DNA from: a virus
Taxonomy: Duplodnaviria; Caudoviricetes
DNA: 64,000 nt
IMG/VR virus record: IMGVR_UViG_3300021256_000084
Span: 1-64,000 of that record
Reading direction: 5' to 3' (one strand)
Part shown: positions 30,333-40,371 of the stretch, in pieces
Layout: every line of letters begins with the position of its first letter
How positions within the stretch are numbered: the first letter of the stretch is position 1
Made by a program: the position numbers and the translations under genes
Notes under the pieces: model-generated
Seen by the model: only the letters and a program-made list of their open reading frames with translations
Database searches by the model: none
Told to the model about the DNA's origin: nothing

Positions 30333-30506
30333 ATGGCAAGACTAAAGTACGTTCCAGTAGCACAGCGCGACGCATACTTGCAGGGCAAGCAGTACGCAAG
30401 CATCAGCTGTACGGGCAGCTTGCACGGCATGAAAAAGCGTTACGGCTGGGACAAGGCAAAGGAGATTTTCAAAAGTGGTAACTATTACTACGCAGTATGG
30501 AACTAA
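30333..30506 (+). CDS. Small hypothetical protein (57 aa)
   Basis: Read manually: MARLKYVPVAQRDAYLQGKQYASISCTGS... Confidence 0.6.
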   Translation: MARLKYVPVAQRDAYLQGKQYASISCTGSLHGMKKRYGWDKAKEIFKSGNYYYAVWN

Positions 30507-30522
30507 CAAAAACAGTACGACG

Positions 30523-30879
30523 ATGAAAAGAATAGACGAGTTAAAGAAAGGCGACGTTGTTAGCTGCATCAGCAGAGACTCAAGGAGCGGCAACGTTGAA
30601 GCAACGGTAAAGAGCATTGGACGCAAGTACATTACTGTGGATGGTGTGAATAAGTCTTACTCCAAGTACGAGCGCGAAACGCTGGTGTGCGCTGATTGGT
30701 CAAGCTGGGAACTGTTTCCCGGTACGCTGGACGAATATGCACAGCACCTTAAAGACGAGCATGAGCGCGAAGAAACTATCAGGCGCATAAACCGACAGCT
30801 GCAAAAGCTGGAATTGAGCCAGCTGAAAAGCTTGACAGAAGCATTACAGAACATCTTAACACCACAAAGCAAAGGATGA
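30523..30879 (+). CDS. Hypothetical protein with SH3/KOW-like N-terminus
   Basis: LKKGDVV...ATVKSIGRKYITV. Confidence 0.65.
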   Translation: MKRIDELKKGDVVSCISRDSRSGNVEATVKSIGRKYITVDGVNKSYSKYERETLVCADWSSWELFPGTLDEYAQHLKDEHEREETIRRINRQLQKLELSQLKSLTEALQNILTPQSKG

Positions 30880-31101
30880 TGAAACAGAGCAGCACAACGT
30901 ACCCTGCACGCATAGCAGCTATGGTGCAGCAGTTTGAGACAATCGAAACACAACCCGCAATCAGCACACAGCAGATGTCTATACGCATGGAGCAGCCCTG
31001 CGGCTGTAACCTTACGGAACACTTCAACTGCCACAAGGAGGACTTGCAGCAGCGTTACTACGTAGAACTTTGCGACGAACACAAATTAAATCTATAAGAT
31101 T

Positions 31102-31440
31102 ATGCAAGCAGTATCAAACATCAAGCAGTCACAACGCCTGCTGAAGCTTTTAGGCAACGACAGCACAGCGGACTTTTGGCGCACGCCCAAGGTTGGCGGG
31201 TACACAGTAAGCACGGAGAAAGCTGCAAACAGCATGCCGTGCTGGAGCGTGCAGGCTCTTATGGATATGCTGGACGAGTATTGGGACGATGAAAACGGAA
31301 CTGCACTTCCGTTTATCAACTGCGAGGAAAACAGCGTGTACTTTGAAGCAAACGGCTTTCTTGTCGAGGACTTTTCACAAAGCACGCTGCTGATAGACAA
31401 TATCATCGACGCGCTGGAATGGCAGTCTAAACAAGAATAA
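31102..31440 (+). CDS. Hypothetical protein
   Basis: STADFW..., PCWSVQALMDML. Confidence 0.65.
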   Translation: MQAVSNIKQSQRLLKLLGNDSTADFWRTPKVGGYTVSTEKAANSMPCWSVQALMDMLDEYWDDENGTALPFINCEENSVYFEANGFLVEDFSQSTLLIDNIIDALEWQSKQE

Positions 31441-31447
31441 AAGCATT

Positions 31448-31925
31448 ATGGTAAAAACCAAACTAAACATTGAGCTTGCAGATAACGGTGTTATCCTGCG
31501 AGACCCCGAAAACAGCGACATAGTAACTGTTGCTAAAGTAGATGACTACGGGCACAGCAAGGACAAAAACGATGTGTACAATGCTGTAGGCAAACAACTC
31601 ATGCTTGCGCTTGAAGCAATCGTTCCGCCACAGGGAATGAAGCTGTACGGCTATAAGCTCGACATCAGCGTGCAGCTTGTAACAAAACCATTGGGCGAGT
31701 TTTAGCGGAAATACAAAACATTTTAGGACAATGAAAGAATACGAAATTGAAGTAAAGCTGTCATTCACGGGCTGTGTAACGGTGAACGCTGACAGCAAGA
31801 TTGAAGCCCTGCAAATCGTGCGAGACAACTTCCGCGCTATGCTTGGGCAGTGCGAGGACAATGGGTGTGACGCGATTGTTGATTGGGATATAGACCCGCA
31901 CAACAGCGCGATAGTTGCGAAATAA
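31448..31925 (+). CDS. Two small hypothetical genes (31448-31705 and 31731-31925)
   Basis: ORF track; A-rich leaders. Confidence 0.6.
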
Positions 31926-32009
31926 CGTGGTTTGCCGCGCTGCTGCTCGCTTTTAATTCCGTTTCCGCGTAGTTATTCGGGCAGCAGCGTGTGCGTGCCT
32001 TACAGCGAC

Positions 32010-32049
32010 AAAAAAAGCCGCTGTGCAAGTACGACAAACACACAGCGGC
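32010..32049 (-). terminator. Minus-strand terminator upstream of the ARH operon
   Basis: GCCGCTGTG/CACAGCGGC stem with T-run on the minus strand. Confidence 0.55.
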
Positions 32050-32224
32050 CACGACATTTCAGTTTAACTTTGTGTAAAAAACTGCACGAGCAAGCACAGT
32101 CGATACAACAATGTCAGTGCAAAGGTAGCATTTTTAACCCAATAAATAGCTCAAAAGTGCAGAATTTTGGGTAATTTTGCAGAAAAATAAGTAAACAAAG
32201 GATATTTTAAGACGTTTCAGTATT

Positions 32225-32977
32225 ATGTTAGGAGCAATTATAGGCGACATTGTAGGGTCGCGCTTTGAGTTCAACAACACGAACAAGTACGACTTCGGGG
32301 AGCTGTTTACGCACGAATGCAGCTTCACGGATGATACAATCTGCACCGTAGCAATAGCGGATGCACTGCTTAACGGCAGCAAGGACTATAAAGGAAGCCT
32401 GCTTAAGTGGTGCAGGAAGTACAATGGTCTTTGCTATGGTCGTGCTTTTAAGGCATGGATAGACAATCCAGTACCTTACAACAGCTTTGGCAATGGTGCT
32501 GCAATGCGCGTCAGCCCGGTAGCATGGGCGTACAGTACAGCAGCGGAAGTCACCAGCGAATCTATTGCTACAGCAAACGTGTCTCATAACCACCCAGAGG
32601 GCATAAAGGGAGCAATGGCAGCTGCGCTTGCTGTGTACTACCTACGCACGACAAAAAAGCGGGAGTGCCTGGACGTTATAGAGGGTATGTTCTATGACCG
32701 TAAGGCAAAGTATAAGCGTGGCGTGTTTGACACGACTTGTCAAGGAACAGTACCTATCGCACTGCGCATCGTGCATGACAGCAAGGACTTTGAGGACGCA
32801 ATAAGGCTGTCAATGGCTTGGGGCGGCGACAGCGACACCTTGGGCGCAATAGTCGGCTCAATGGCAGAAGCGTTGTACGGCATACCCGTTGGCATACAGC
32901 GTTACGCAAAAAGCTATCTGCCCGACGATATGCTGCAAGTTGTGAACATGTTCTATAAGAAATTCATACTGCTGTAG
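32225..32977 (+). CDS. ADP-ribosylglycohydrolase (DraG/ARH1 family)
   Basis: GDIVGS, FTDDT, GNGAAMRVSP, HNHPE and GGDSDT motifs all intact; own TAATTTTG at 32172-32179. Confidence 0.92.
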   Translation: MLGAIIGDIVGSRFEFNNTNKYDFGELFTHECSFTDDTICTVAIADALLNGSKDYKGSLLKWCRKYNGLCYGRAFKAWIDNPVPYNSFGNGAAMRVSPVAWAYSTAAEVTSESIATANVSHNHPEGIKGAMAAALAVYYLRTTKKRECLDVIEGMFYDRKAKYKRGVFDTTCQGTVPIALRIVHDSKDFEDAIRLSMAWGGDSDTLGAIVGSMAEALYGIPVGIQRYAKSYLPDDMLQVVNMFYKKFILL

Positions 32978-32981
32978 GTTT

Positions 32982-33791
32982 ATGAAAAAGACTATAACGA
33001 TAGAGATTGAGGACGGCGTAGGCGTAAACGTGTACTACGAAAAAGAGGGCGAGCAGCGCAAGCACTGGAGCAAGTGCGAGCCAATGGAAAGCGTGGAAAT
33101 CTACGCTGCTTCGCGTGTCCTTGCAGCAGGCACGGAAATGACTGCTGCCTACATTGCTTCGGGCATGCACAGGACTGTAGAGGAACTTGCAGGCACTATC
33201 AAGGAGTTCAACAAGGTTATGGGTAAAGTAAAATGATTACAGCAAAGACATACAAAGCGTTGAAGCTGCTGGAGCACACACAGCGTTTCAGCAAGGTAAT
33301 GACTGCGCACGACTTCGCGCTTGCTTTTTGGGGCAACGACGCGGACAAGCAGTATTTGTTTACGGCTGTGTCTAACAGCGGTAACGGGGCGTGCAGCGGA
33401 AAGAAAGCTTGGCTGTGTGCTGGTTCTTATCTCTCTGCACTATACAAGCGTGGTCTTACACGCTGGCAACCTCGCTGCGACTATCACCCGACGGGGTACA
33501 AAATAACGGAGGCAGGAATGCAAGCAATAAAGGAGTACGAACTTCAAAACAACATACACAATGGCTAAGAAAAAAAAGTTTTCGATGTTTAACGATCCGT
33601 CCTTCTCTAATTTTACGGACAAGGATTGGAAAAAATGGAAAAGGAACGAGCACAAGACACCTGACGGCACGCCGCCTTTTATCTGTGAGAAGTGCATGCT
33701 TTGCACAGAAGATGATACTTGTGAAATTCTCACGCAGGCACAGCAGCAAGCCCGCATAAACTTGGGCGAGTGCGAAGATAAAATAGAGTAG
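32982..33791 (+). CDS. Three small genes in the ARH operon (32982-33236; 33233-33568 winged-helix-like; 33561-33791)
   Basis: Overlapping starts and stops; YKITEAG wing-like motif in the middle gene. Confidence 0.6.
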
Positions 33792-33814
33792 GTACTTGTA
33801 TGTACCTGCTCTAT

Positions 33815-36760
33815 TTATTTCACACGACATTTTATCTCTACGATTTTACGCGTGCTGTTGTACTCCACTTCCAGAAGCTCTAAGTGTGTGTTGCGTCCTA
33901 AAACGCATTCACTCTCGTAATCGTTTCTTGTTACATATACAGGTGTTCCTTGCGGTATTTCAATTTGCAACTGAAATTTTCTGCTTGTGAATACGTTCAT
34001 GCGTGCATCTGTTGATACAGACATGAAACCTGCATCTGCTTCCAGCTCCTTCAGCGGAAGTGCTTTAAGCTTTGTTGCAATTTCATTGACGCTGAGCTTG
34101 GTTTCGGAATCGACTGGAAGTGTACCACCAAACAAAGGATTTACGCCGTCAAAAGTAAGGTTACGTACTATTTTTATCGGGAACGGCAAACTGTTTCTTG
34201 CGATAACAGCGTCCAGTGTCTCAATGGTTTTTATATCATCATCATTTAGCATGCCGCCGTACAAATCCATTGCAAACTGCACGTTCTTATTGCCTTTAAG
34301 CGTACCGACAATCTTGTTTTTTCCTTTGCCATGCACGTCGCGCAAAGCTCCATTTATTTTGAAGCTGTTGCTCGTGCCAATGTAGCCGCCGGGAGAGTGT
34401 GCCCACGTCTGCGTCTTCTCTGTATTTGTGATGTCACAAATTTTTGCCAATACCATATGCTGCTTAGACGTAAGATACACACAGCCGTCCACAATGTTGA
34501 TGTCGGCAGCGGAAAGACTTTCTCCATGCTGCGTGAACAGTCGTACCATTGCATCTTTAATCTCCGTGTCAGTCATTTTTTGCGTGGGCATGGCTGCTGC
34601 ACTTGCCTTTGGCGTCGCACTTGCCGAACTTTTAGCAGCCCTTAAGCGTGCTTCTGCTTCCAGCCGCTTAACGCGTTGCTTTAAGTCTGCGGCTTTTGCA
34701 CGTACTTCCACAAGGCTTGCGTCGTTGTCCTTAAGCATGCCCTGCAATTCAACACCGAGATTAGAAACTATCTTACTTCGCGTTGTAGCTGCAAACTGCA
34801 ATTCATGCTGTATGCTTGCACTTATTGCATTGAACTCTATTCGCTTGTTCACGATGTCAAGCCTATGCTGTAATGCGGCTTTTGAAATCTCTTTCGTTTT
34901 GTACTTCGTGCCGTTGACAACGTTAATTTCACGCTCCAAGCGACCTTTGAGGAACTGCAATGAAGCGTCTGTATCAAAGTCCCACGTCCAGCGGTTGAAT
35001 GTACGCTGTATGGCTGCTTGTGCGCCTTGCACTTCTGCTGACGTAAACTGCTTAAACCACGCAAGGGCGTTTGGTGTAAACTGTTCCAGCTGTGCTGCCT
35101 GCTTCTTGACTTCCGCAATCTGCTTTGCAAGCGTCTTGGTAAGGTTGGCAGCTTCTTTGAGCTTGTACTGCAACAGCAGGTCACGCAACAGCCCTGCGCT
35201 GGCTGACGTGTCAACGAAAGCAAGCTTGTCGGCAACGGCAAGCACGTTGCGCCCTGTCTTGAGAATAAGCTGATGTTCCTTCTGCCGCTCATACCATGCA
35301 ACCTTAACGGACATGTCGTTACGCTTGGCGTGCCGTGTGTCTGCAAGCTGCTGTATGCGTATGCCGTTCCAAATGTCCGCGTATGCAGTCTTGATTGCGT
35401 CCTTGTTTCCGCTGCTAATCGCGTTTTGCAACGCGGTAAGGCGTTTTAGCAGCACGGGCGAGCTACTATTCAGGCCAGCATTACTTATTGCCCTGTGCGC
35501 CCTTTTTAGCTGGTATTCATTCCAACGCTTCTGTGCTGCTGCATCATCACGCTGCGCGTGCCGCCACACCTTTGCTTCTTCGGGAGTACGTCCGCGTGTC
35601 TGCAAGCCCATGTCCTGCAACTTCTCCTTGTCGAAGATAGTACGCAGGTACTTCGGGTTATCACGGAACACGTAGGCAAGCGTGCCGCGCTCACCTGCAC
35701 GCTGGATCTGCTCGCGGTGCTGCTGCAAGTAGTCCTTGTACTGCTGCGGAACGTCCTTAACAGTACCCTTGCACTCAAAGTTTGACACGTCCTCGCCTGC
35801 ACGTTTCCGACGGTGGTACTCGCGTATTTCCTCACGGCTGGCAGTAATGGCGCTTGCAGCACACATGCACTGCGGATGGAAGCCGCTAAACTTGAAGTCC
35901 TTCGGGTAGTCGCCCCATAACTCGTCGCAAATATCGGGCTCGGGATGCTGCGGACTGCCCCAAATGCGTATGCCAATGACAAACGGCTCGTTTTTCCAAC
36001 GCTCGCAGTTTGCGTAATGGTAAGACATGTTTATTTCCGTGCGCATCAAGCGGAACGTGTTGCGGTAGCTGCTGCGGTACACGCCCTGTCCTACTTCTTC
36101 CAGCGGTGCTTCAATGAAGCGTACTTTGCCTTCCTCGTCAATAATGCGCTTGTGCCACTTCACAACGTCCTTGGCAGCACCGCCCTTGGTAATGACCTTG
36201 TGATGATAGCGTCTGTACATCATGTCCGGCTCTTGCAGCTGCCCGTACACCTTACGGGAAAGCTCCGCTGCACTTGTGCCCTTTGCAAGCCCGTCCGTAA
36301 TGACGTTGCTCATAGCCATTTCAAACTCGCTTTTCGTCTGCTCCGCATAGTTCCACACACGCTGCGACAAGTTCAAGCCCTGCGGCGTGTTCATGCGCTG
36401 CGCAAGGAAAGCACTTGCAGCAAGGTTGCGTACCTGCATGACTGCTTCATCGTTGAGCACCGTGTAGCCTTTCAGTGTGCGTGCATCCTGCCCGAAAGCA
36501 AGCCCTACGCCCGACTGTATGCCGCTTTGCGCGAGCAACAGCTGCTCGCGGACGTACTGACGGAAGATGTCGTTAAGACGCGTCTTAAGCTCTGGGAAGT
36601 TGTCAAACAGAAACAGCGCGTCCTCACTAAGCTTCTGTTCAACGTTGATGCCCAGTGCTGACAGCTGCTTGATAAACTTGCCGTACAGCATGCCTATCCG
36701 TATGTTGTACTTGGCAAACAGTGCCGTGAGTTCTTTTTGCTGCGCTATGTTTTGAGCCAT
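33815..36760 (-). CDS. MuF (SPP1 gp7-like) minor head protein with C-terminal ADP-ribosyltransferase domain
   Basis: N-terminal LSQRVW, RLMRTE, HPQCMC MuF motifs; C-terminal IVRN, FMSVST, ESE (R-S-E class); follows portal. Confidence 0.88.
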   Translation of the reverse strand: MAQNIAQQKELTALFAKYNIRIGMLYGKFIKQLSALGINVEQKLSEDALFLFDNFPELKTRLNDIFRQYVREQLLLAQSGIQSGVGLAFGQDARTLKGYTVLNDEAVMQVRNLAASAFLAQRMNTPQGLNLSQRVWNYAEQTKSEFEMAMSNVITDGLAKGTSAAELSRKVYGQLQEPDMMYRRYHHKVITKGGAAKDVVKWHKRIIDEEGKVRFIEAPLEEVGQGVYRSSYRNTFRLMRTEINMSYHYANCERWKNEPFVIGIRIWGSPQHPEPDICDELWGDYPKDFKFSGFHPQCMCAASAITASREEIREYHRRKRAGEDVSNFECKGTVKDVPQQYKDYLQQHREQIQRAGERGTLAYVFRDNPKYLRTIFDKEKLQDMGLQTRGRTPEEAKVWRHAQRDDAAAQKRWNEYQLKRAHRAISNAGLNSSSPVLLKRLTALQNAISSGNKDAIKTAYADIWNGIRIQQLADTRHAKRNDMSVKVAWYERQKEHQLILKTGRNVLAVADKLAFVDTSASAGLLRDLLLQYKLKEAANLTKTLAKQIAEVKKQAAQLEQFTPNALAWFKQFTSAEVQGAQAAIQRTFNRWTWDFDTDASLQFLKGRLEREINVVNGTKYKTKEISKAALQHRLDIVNKRIEFNAISASIQHELQFAATTRSKIVSNLGVELQGMLKDNDASLVEVRAKAADLKQRVKRLEAEARLRAAKSSASATPKASAAAMPTQKMTDTEIKDAMVRLFTQHGESLSAADINIVDGCVYLTSKQHMVLAKICDITNTEKTQTWAHSPGGYIGTSNSFKINGALRDVHGKGKNKIVGTLKGNKNVQFAMDLYGGMLNDDDIKTIETLDAVIARNSLPFPIKIVRNLTFDGVNPLFGGTLPVDSETKLSVNEIATKLKALPLKELEADAGFMSVSTDARMNVFTSRKFQLQIEIPQGTPVYVTRNDYESECVLGRNTHLELLEVEYNSTRKIVEIKCRVK

Positions 36761-36804
36761 TTGTGCGACTTTTTTTATTTTCTACACTTTGTTTTTTCTT
36801 GTCT

Positions 36805-36958
36805 TACGCGCACGCATACGCACGCACGTTAATTACCATTGCTTTACTGTTTATTATTTATTAAATATTATATTATATATATGTCCTTATCTTTAGGGGC
36901 TTCGATGGGGCTTAAACGTAACTTGCTGATATTCAACGCATAAAAGACGAGTAAAACC
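36805..36958. repeat. Degenerate ~160 bp repeat, copy B
   Basis: Aligns block by block with 15371-15530. Confidence 0.75.
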
Positions 36959-37223
36959 GCTGTTTTGCATTTCGTAACATTTTTGCAAGGTATTTTTGCA
37001 GTTAGCGATTAGGTTTTAACAAAACCTTAACACATTTCAGCCGTTTTTGCCCTGCTTTGCTTCTTCGTTTAGATTTGTTTGCTGTTTTAACACGCCCTTA
37101 ACTAAAAAAGTGCGCCTGCGCTGCTGTTTTCCTTAATTCCCGTTAATTACAACGGTTAATATCAGTTAATCAGCTTTACAGACGCACCGCTGTGGGCGAA
37201 ATCGAACAACAGCCTACATATTA

Positions 37224-38696
37224 CTATTCATCACCAGCACTGAAGCTGTCGCCAGCCCCAAACAAGTCACGCTGCTGCTTTGCCGCTTCCGCTGCTTCTG
37301 CCTTTAGCTGCTTCAGCGTTTCCTCGGGATTGTCAACAATCGGATTCTTGTACACACCTTCCTCTTGTGACATCGTGGGCTTGCCGTTAGTGCTTAAGTT
37401 GATGATTTCTATTTCTTCCTTTTTGTTCTTGGGCAGGTACAGCTCAAAGTGCGGCTCGACAAACGTCTGCTCTACCGTTTCCGTACCCACGCCGTCACGC
37501 TGCGCACAGCCGCCCTTTACGACGTTGAAGCGACGTTCAAAGTTCTCGCCGAAAAGCTCCTGCTTGTCGTCTGCCTTCATAAACGCATCCGTGAACATAA
37601 GGCTTATGGCAACGCCGCTTGTGTTGCTGCCTATCTCCTTCATGGACTTAAAGCTGATGTCGGGTGTCTGCGTATAGCTGAATATGACGTTGAACAGCTC
37701 CGCAAGCTCGCCCTTGATGCTTTCGGGGCTGCTGTCCCATGACAGCACCTTCATGTCCGTCTCGTTGCCCTCGCCTTGGTACACCTTGCCCTGCTCGCCC
37801 TTTTCGGCAAAGCCCTTAAGCTTTCCCTTGAAGAAGTACGAGGGAGAGCCGAAGTAGTCGTTGGTGTCGCCCCAATTAGACAGCAGCGTATCTACGCGGT
37901 CACAAGCTGGCTGCACATCGTCCCATTCCGTTTTTTCCTGCCTGTAGTACACAATGGGCAGGCGGTCGAAGCCGTGCGGTACGGGTGCTGTATCTACTGC
38001 GTACAGCTGTGCGCCGTTTGCTTCCGTCGCAAAGCGGTAAACAAAGCGGTTGGTGTAGATGTCGAAGTGCATGATGTACTGACCCAGCAAGTCCATCGTG
38101 CGGTAGCCGCGCCCGAAGCCGTCCATGCGTCCGTAGTCGTCAAAGTGCGGCAGCAGCAAGTCACCACGCGACGGGCTTAACAGCTGCACGCGCATTTCAC
38201 CGCTTGTCGGCTTGCCGTTCGCGTCCGGCACAAAGTACCAAAGCTCCGCTGCTTCACGCTCGCGGAACACTGTGCGGGCAAGCTTCTTGTCAAAGTACGG
38301 CATCTTGTTCTGCTCAAAGACAGTCATAACGCTGTCAAAGAGCTGCTGCGAAGCGTCGCTTGTAGCGCCTTTGCCCTTAAGCTGGTACGTGACGGGCTTA
38401 CCAAGCAAGAAGCCTGCCGTGCGCTCAACAAGCAGCTTCTGAACGGGAACAGCAACACGGCACACATCCACGTACTTAACCTTGTAGATGGGATTGCCGT
38501 CTGCGTCGAACTTGTCCGTCTTGACTTTCACTTGCTTGCGCTTGCGCTTCGTGCGGTCAAAGACTGCGTGACGGTACACGTCATACTCCGCTTCCGTCTC
38601 GGAAAAAGACTTGCTGAACTTGGGCTTGCAGCGTTGCAGCGAATCACGCATCTGCTCGCCGCTGCTAAGTGCCAATACTTCTTCTATCTTGCTCAT
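37224..38696 (-). CDS. Portal protein (SPP1 gp6-like)
   Basis: 490 aa after TerL; GFLLGKPVTY, YSYTQTPD, SGVAI motifs. Confidence 0.9.
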   Translation of the reverse strand: MSKIEEVLALSSGEQMRDSLQRCKPKFSKSFSETEAEYDVYRHAVFDRTKRKRKQVKVKTDKFDADGNPIYKVKYVDVCRVAVPVQKLLVERTAGFLLGKPVTYQLKGKGATSDASQQLFDSVMTVFEQNKMPYFDKKLARTVFREREAAELWYFVPDANGKPTSGEMRVQLLSPSRGDLLLPHFDDYGRMDGFGRGYRTMDLLGQYIMHFDIYTNRFVYRFATEANGAQLYAVDTAPVPHGFDRLPIVYYRQEKTEWDDVQPACDRVDTLLSNWGDTNDYFGSPSYFFKGKLKGFAEKGEQGKVYQGEGNETDMKVLSWDSSPESIKGELAELFNVIFSYTQTPDISFKSMKEIGSNTSGVAISLMFTDAFMKADDKQELFGENFERRFNVVKGGCAQRDGVGTETVEQTFVEPHFELYLPKNKKEEIEIINLSTNGKPTMSQEEGVYKNPIVDNPEETLKQLKAEAAEAAKQQRDLFGAGDSFSAGDE

Positions 38697-38699
38697 AAA

Positions 38700-40325
38700 T
38701 TACAGTATATCCAATAGTCCTTCTGCATCCAATCCCTCGCCGTTCTGTCCGAGTACTTCTTCAAGTATGACGTAGCGGATTGCGTCGATGCAGTTGTGTA
38801 CAAGCAGGCCGTTGGCGTAGTATTCATGCTGTTGCGCTACTTCCAAGTCAAAGACTTGGGCCTCGCCTGCGTCCTCTGCAAAGATAGCTTTAATTTCCCG
38901 TGCTGTTTGCTCGTTGCGCTTTGTTTGTGTAAACACAACGTCGCCTGCGTGCAAACACGCGATTTTTTGCCACTTTGCAGCCGTTTTTACAAGGTGATTG
39001 GGCGTTGCCCGAACAACTATCTGCGCATCGTCAAAAACAAGCGTGTAACGCTGAATTTTGCGCTTTCCGTTCTTCCACAGCTTTGTTACGCGCTTGTAGC
39101 CTGCACTCGTCAGCACCAAATCGTCCGTCGTGATGTTGGCAATACGCTTTGCGCCCATCGATGTTGTTACAAGCGTGTCTGCTGTGAAGCAGTGGTTGAA
39201 GGCATCTACTGGCTCGTTGAGCCACTTGCCGTTTTTGTCTCGTCTGTACACGTAGCTTTTCAGTTCTTTTATTAGGTTGACACTGCGACGCGTCACGACA
39301 AGCTTAAACTGCTGCATCTTCTGCAAGCCAGCCTTTACGCTGCCGGGGTACTTCTTCACGCCGTGAATGTCAATGCCTGTGTTGTAAATTTCGTCTATTT
39401 CTCGCGGCTCTGCGCTGTCAGCCCACACCTTGGGCATCCATACTTGCTGCTGCTTAAGCTCCTTGATGATGTCCTCCGTACCCATCTGCGTGCGGTAGCA
39501 AAGCTCGTCCAAGTAGATTGTCTTGCCCACAATGCTGACAAGCACAATGGCCGTCGGGTCGTTGGTGTAGCCGAAGTCAAGTCCAAGGAAGCGGTGTCGG
39601 CGTGCCTGGGGCGGCAGCTCGTCCACGATTTCAAACGACTTGAAGATACGCCCCTCAATGATTGCACGCTGCCCAAGCCCGTACACTTGCCACAGCGAGG
39701 GCGACGTGTCCTTAAGTTCCTCAATGCTGTCAATGACGCTTTGCTCCAGAAACGGGTTGTCCTTGTATGTGCTGATGAAGAACTTCGTGCGGGGGCTGTT
39801 GTTTACTTTGGTAACTATCCAGTGGTCTTCGTCAAAGCTCGGGTTGTAGTCTATCAGCGTGAACAGCGTAGTACGGAGCTTAAGCTGCGTCCACTCGTCA
39901 AAGGACAGCTCGTTAGCTTCGTTCACGTACAGTATCATGCGCTTACGACCACGCAAACGCTGATCATCCGTCGCAGGGAAGAACTCTATCCAGCTGCCGT
40001 TTGGAAACGTGTAAATGAAGTCCGTCAGGTTCATGCACTTGTCGCTCCACTGACCCATGCGCTGCATGATGTCCTTGAAGTCGCGGAACACAGTACCTTT
40101 CAACGCAGGGCGCGTGCCACGAACAACTGCAACAGTAGTACCGGGAAACGACAGACAGCGCACGATAAGCCAAATGACGATGGTGTACGTCTTGCTGCTT
40201 CGTGCGCTACCTTGTGCCGACACTGTGCTGTAGCCCGCGTCAAAGGCACTCTGTATAACGTTGTAAACCCTGCTGACTTGTATCTTCACGTTCCTTTTCT
40301 TATATACGTGCGTATGTGCGTGCAA
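38700..40325 (-). CDS. terL: Terminase large subunit (PBSX-like) with intein
   Basis: QGSARSSKT Walker A, YVNEANE Walker B, GLDFGYTNDP nuclease motif, D..NH..DA.RY; start codon uncertain. Confidence 0.92.
   Translation of the reverse strand: MHAHTHVYKKRNVKIQVSRVYNVIQSAFDAGYSTVSAQGSARSSKTYTIVIWLIVRCLSFPGTTVAVVRGTRPALKGTVFRDFKDIMQRMGQWSDKCMNLTDFIYTFPNGSWIEFFPATDDQRLRGRKRMILYVNEANELSFDEWTQLKLRTTLFTLIDYNPSFDEDHWIVTKVNNSPRTKFFISTYKDNPFLEQSVIDSIEELKDTSPSLWQVYGLGQRAIIEGRIFKSFEIVDELPPQARRHRFLGLDFGYTNDPTAIVLVSIVGKTIYLDELCYRTQMGTEDIIKELKQQQVWMPKVWADSAEPREIDEIYNTGIDIHGVKKYPGSVKAGLQKMQQFKLVVTRRSVNLIKELKSYVYRRDKNGKWLNEPVDAFNHCFTADTLVTTSMGAKRIANITTDDLVLTSAGYKRVTKLWKNGKRKIQRYTLVFDDAQIVVRATPNHLVKTAAKWQKIACLHAGDVVFTQTKRNEQTAREIKAIFAEDAGEAQVFDLEVAQQHEYYANGLLVHNCIDAIRYVILEEVLGQNGEGLDAEGLLDIL
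38793..39191 (-). mobile_element. Mini-intein (133 aa) in TerL nuclease domain
   Basis: Begins CFTADT, contains TPNH, ends YYANGLLVHN before Cys+1; removal restores PVDAFNH-CIDAIRY. Confidence 0.92.
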
Positions 40326-40371
40326 GCGTGCGCATCATTTTCGTGCAGTCACGAAAATGGTAGGCTGCACG

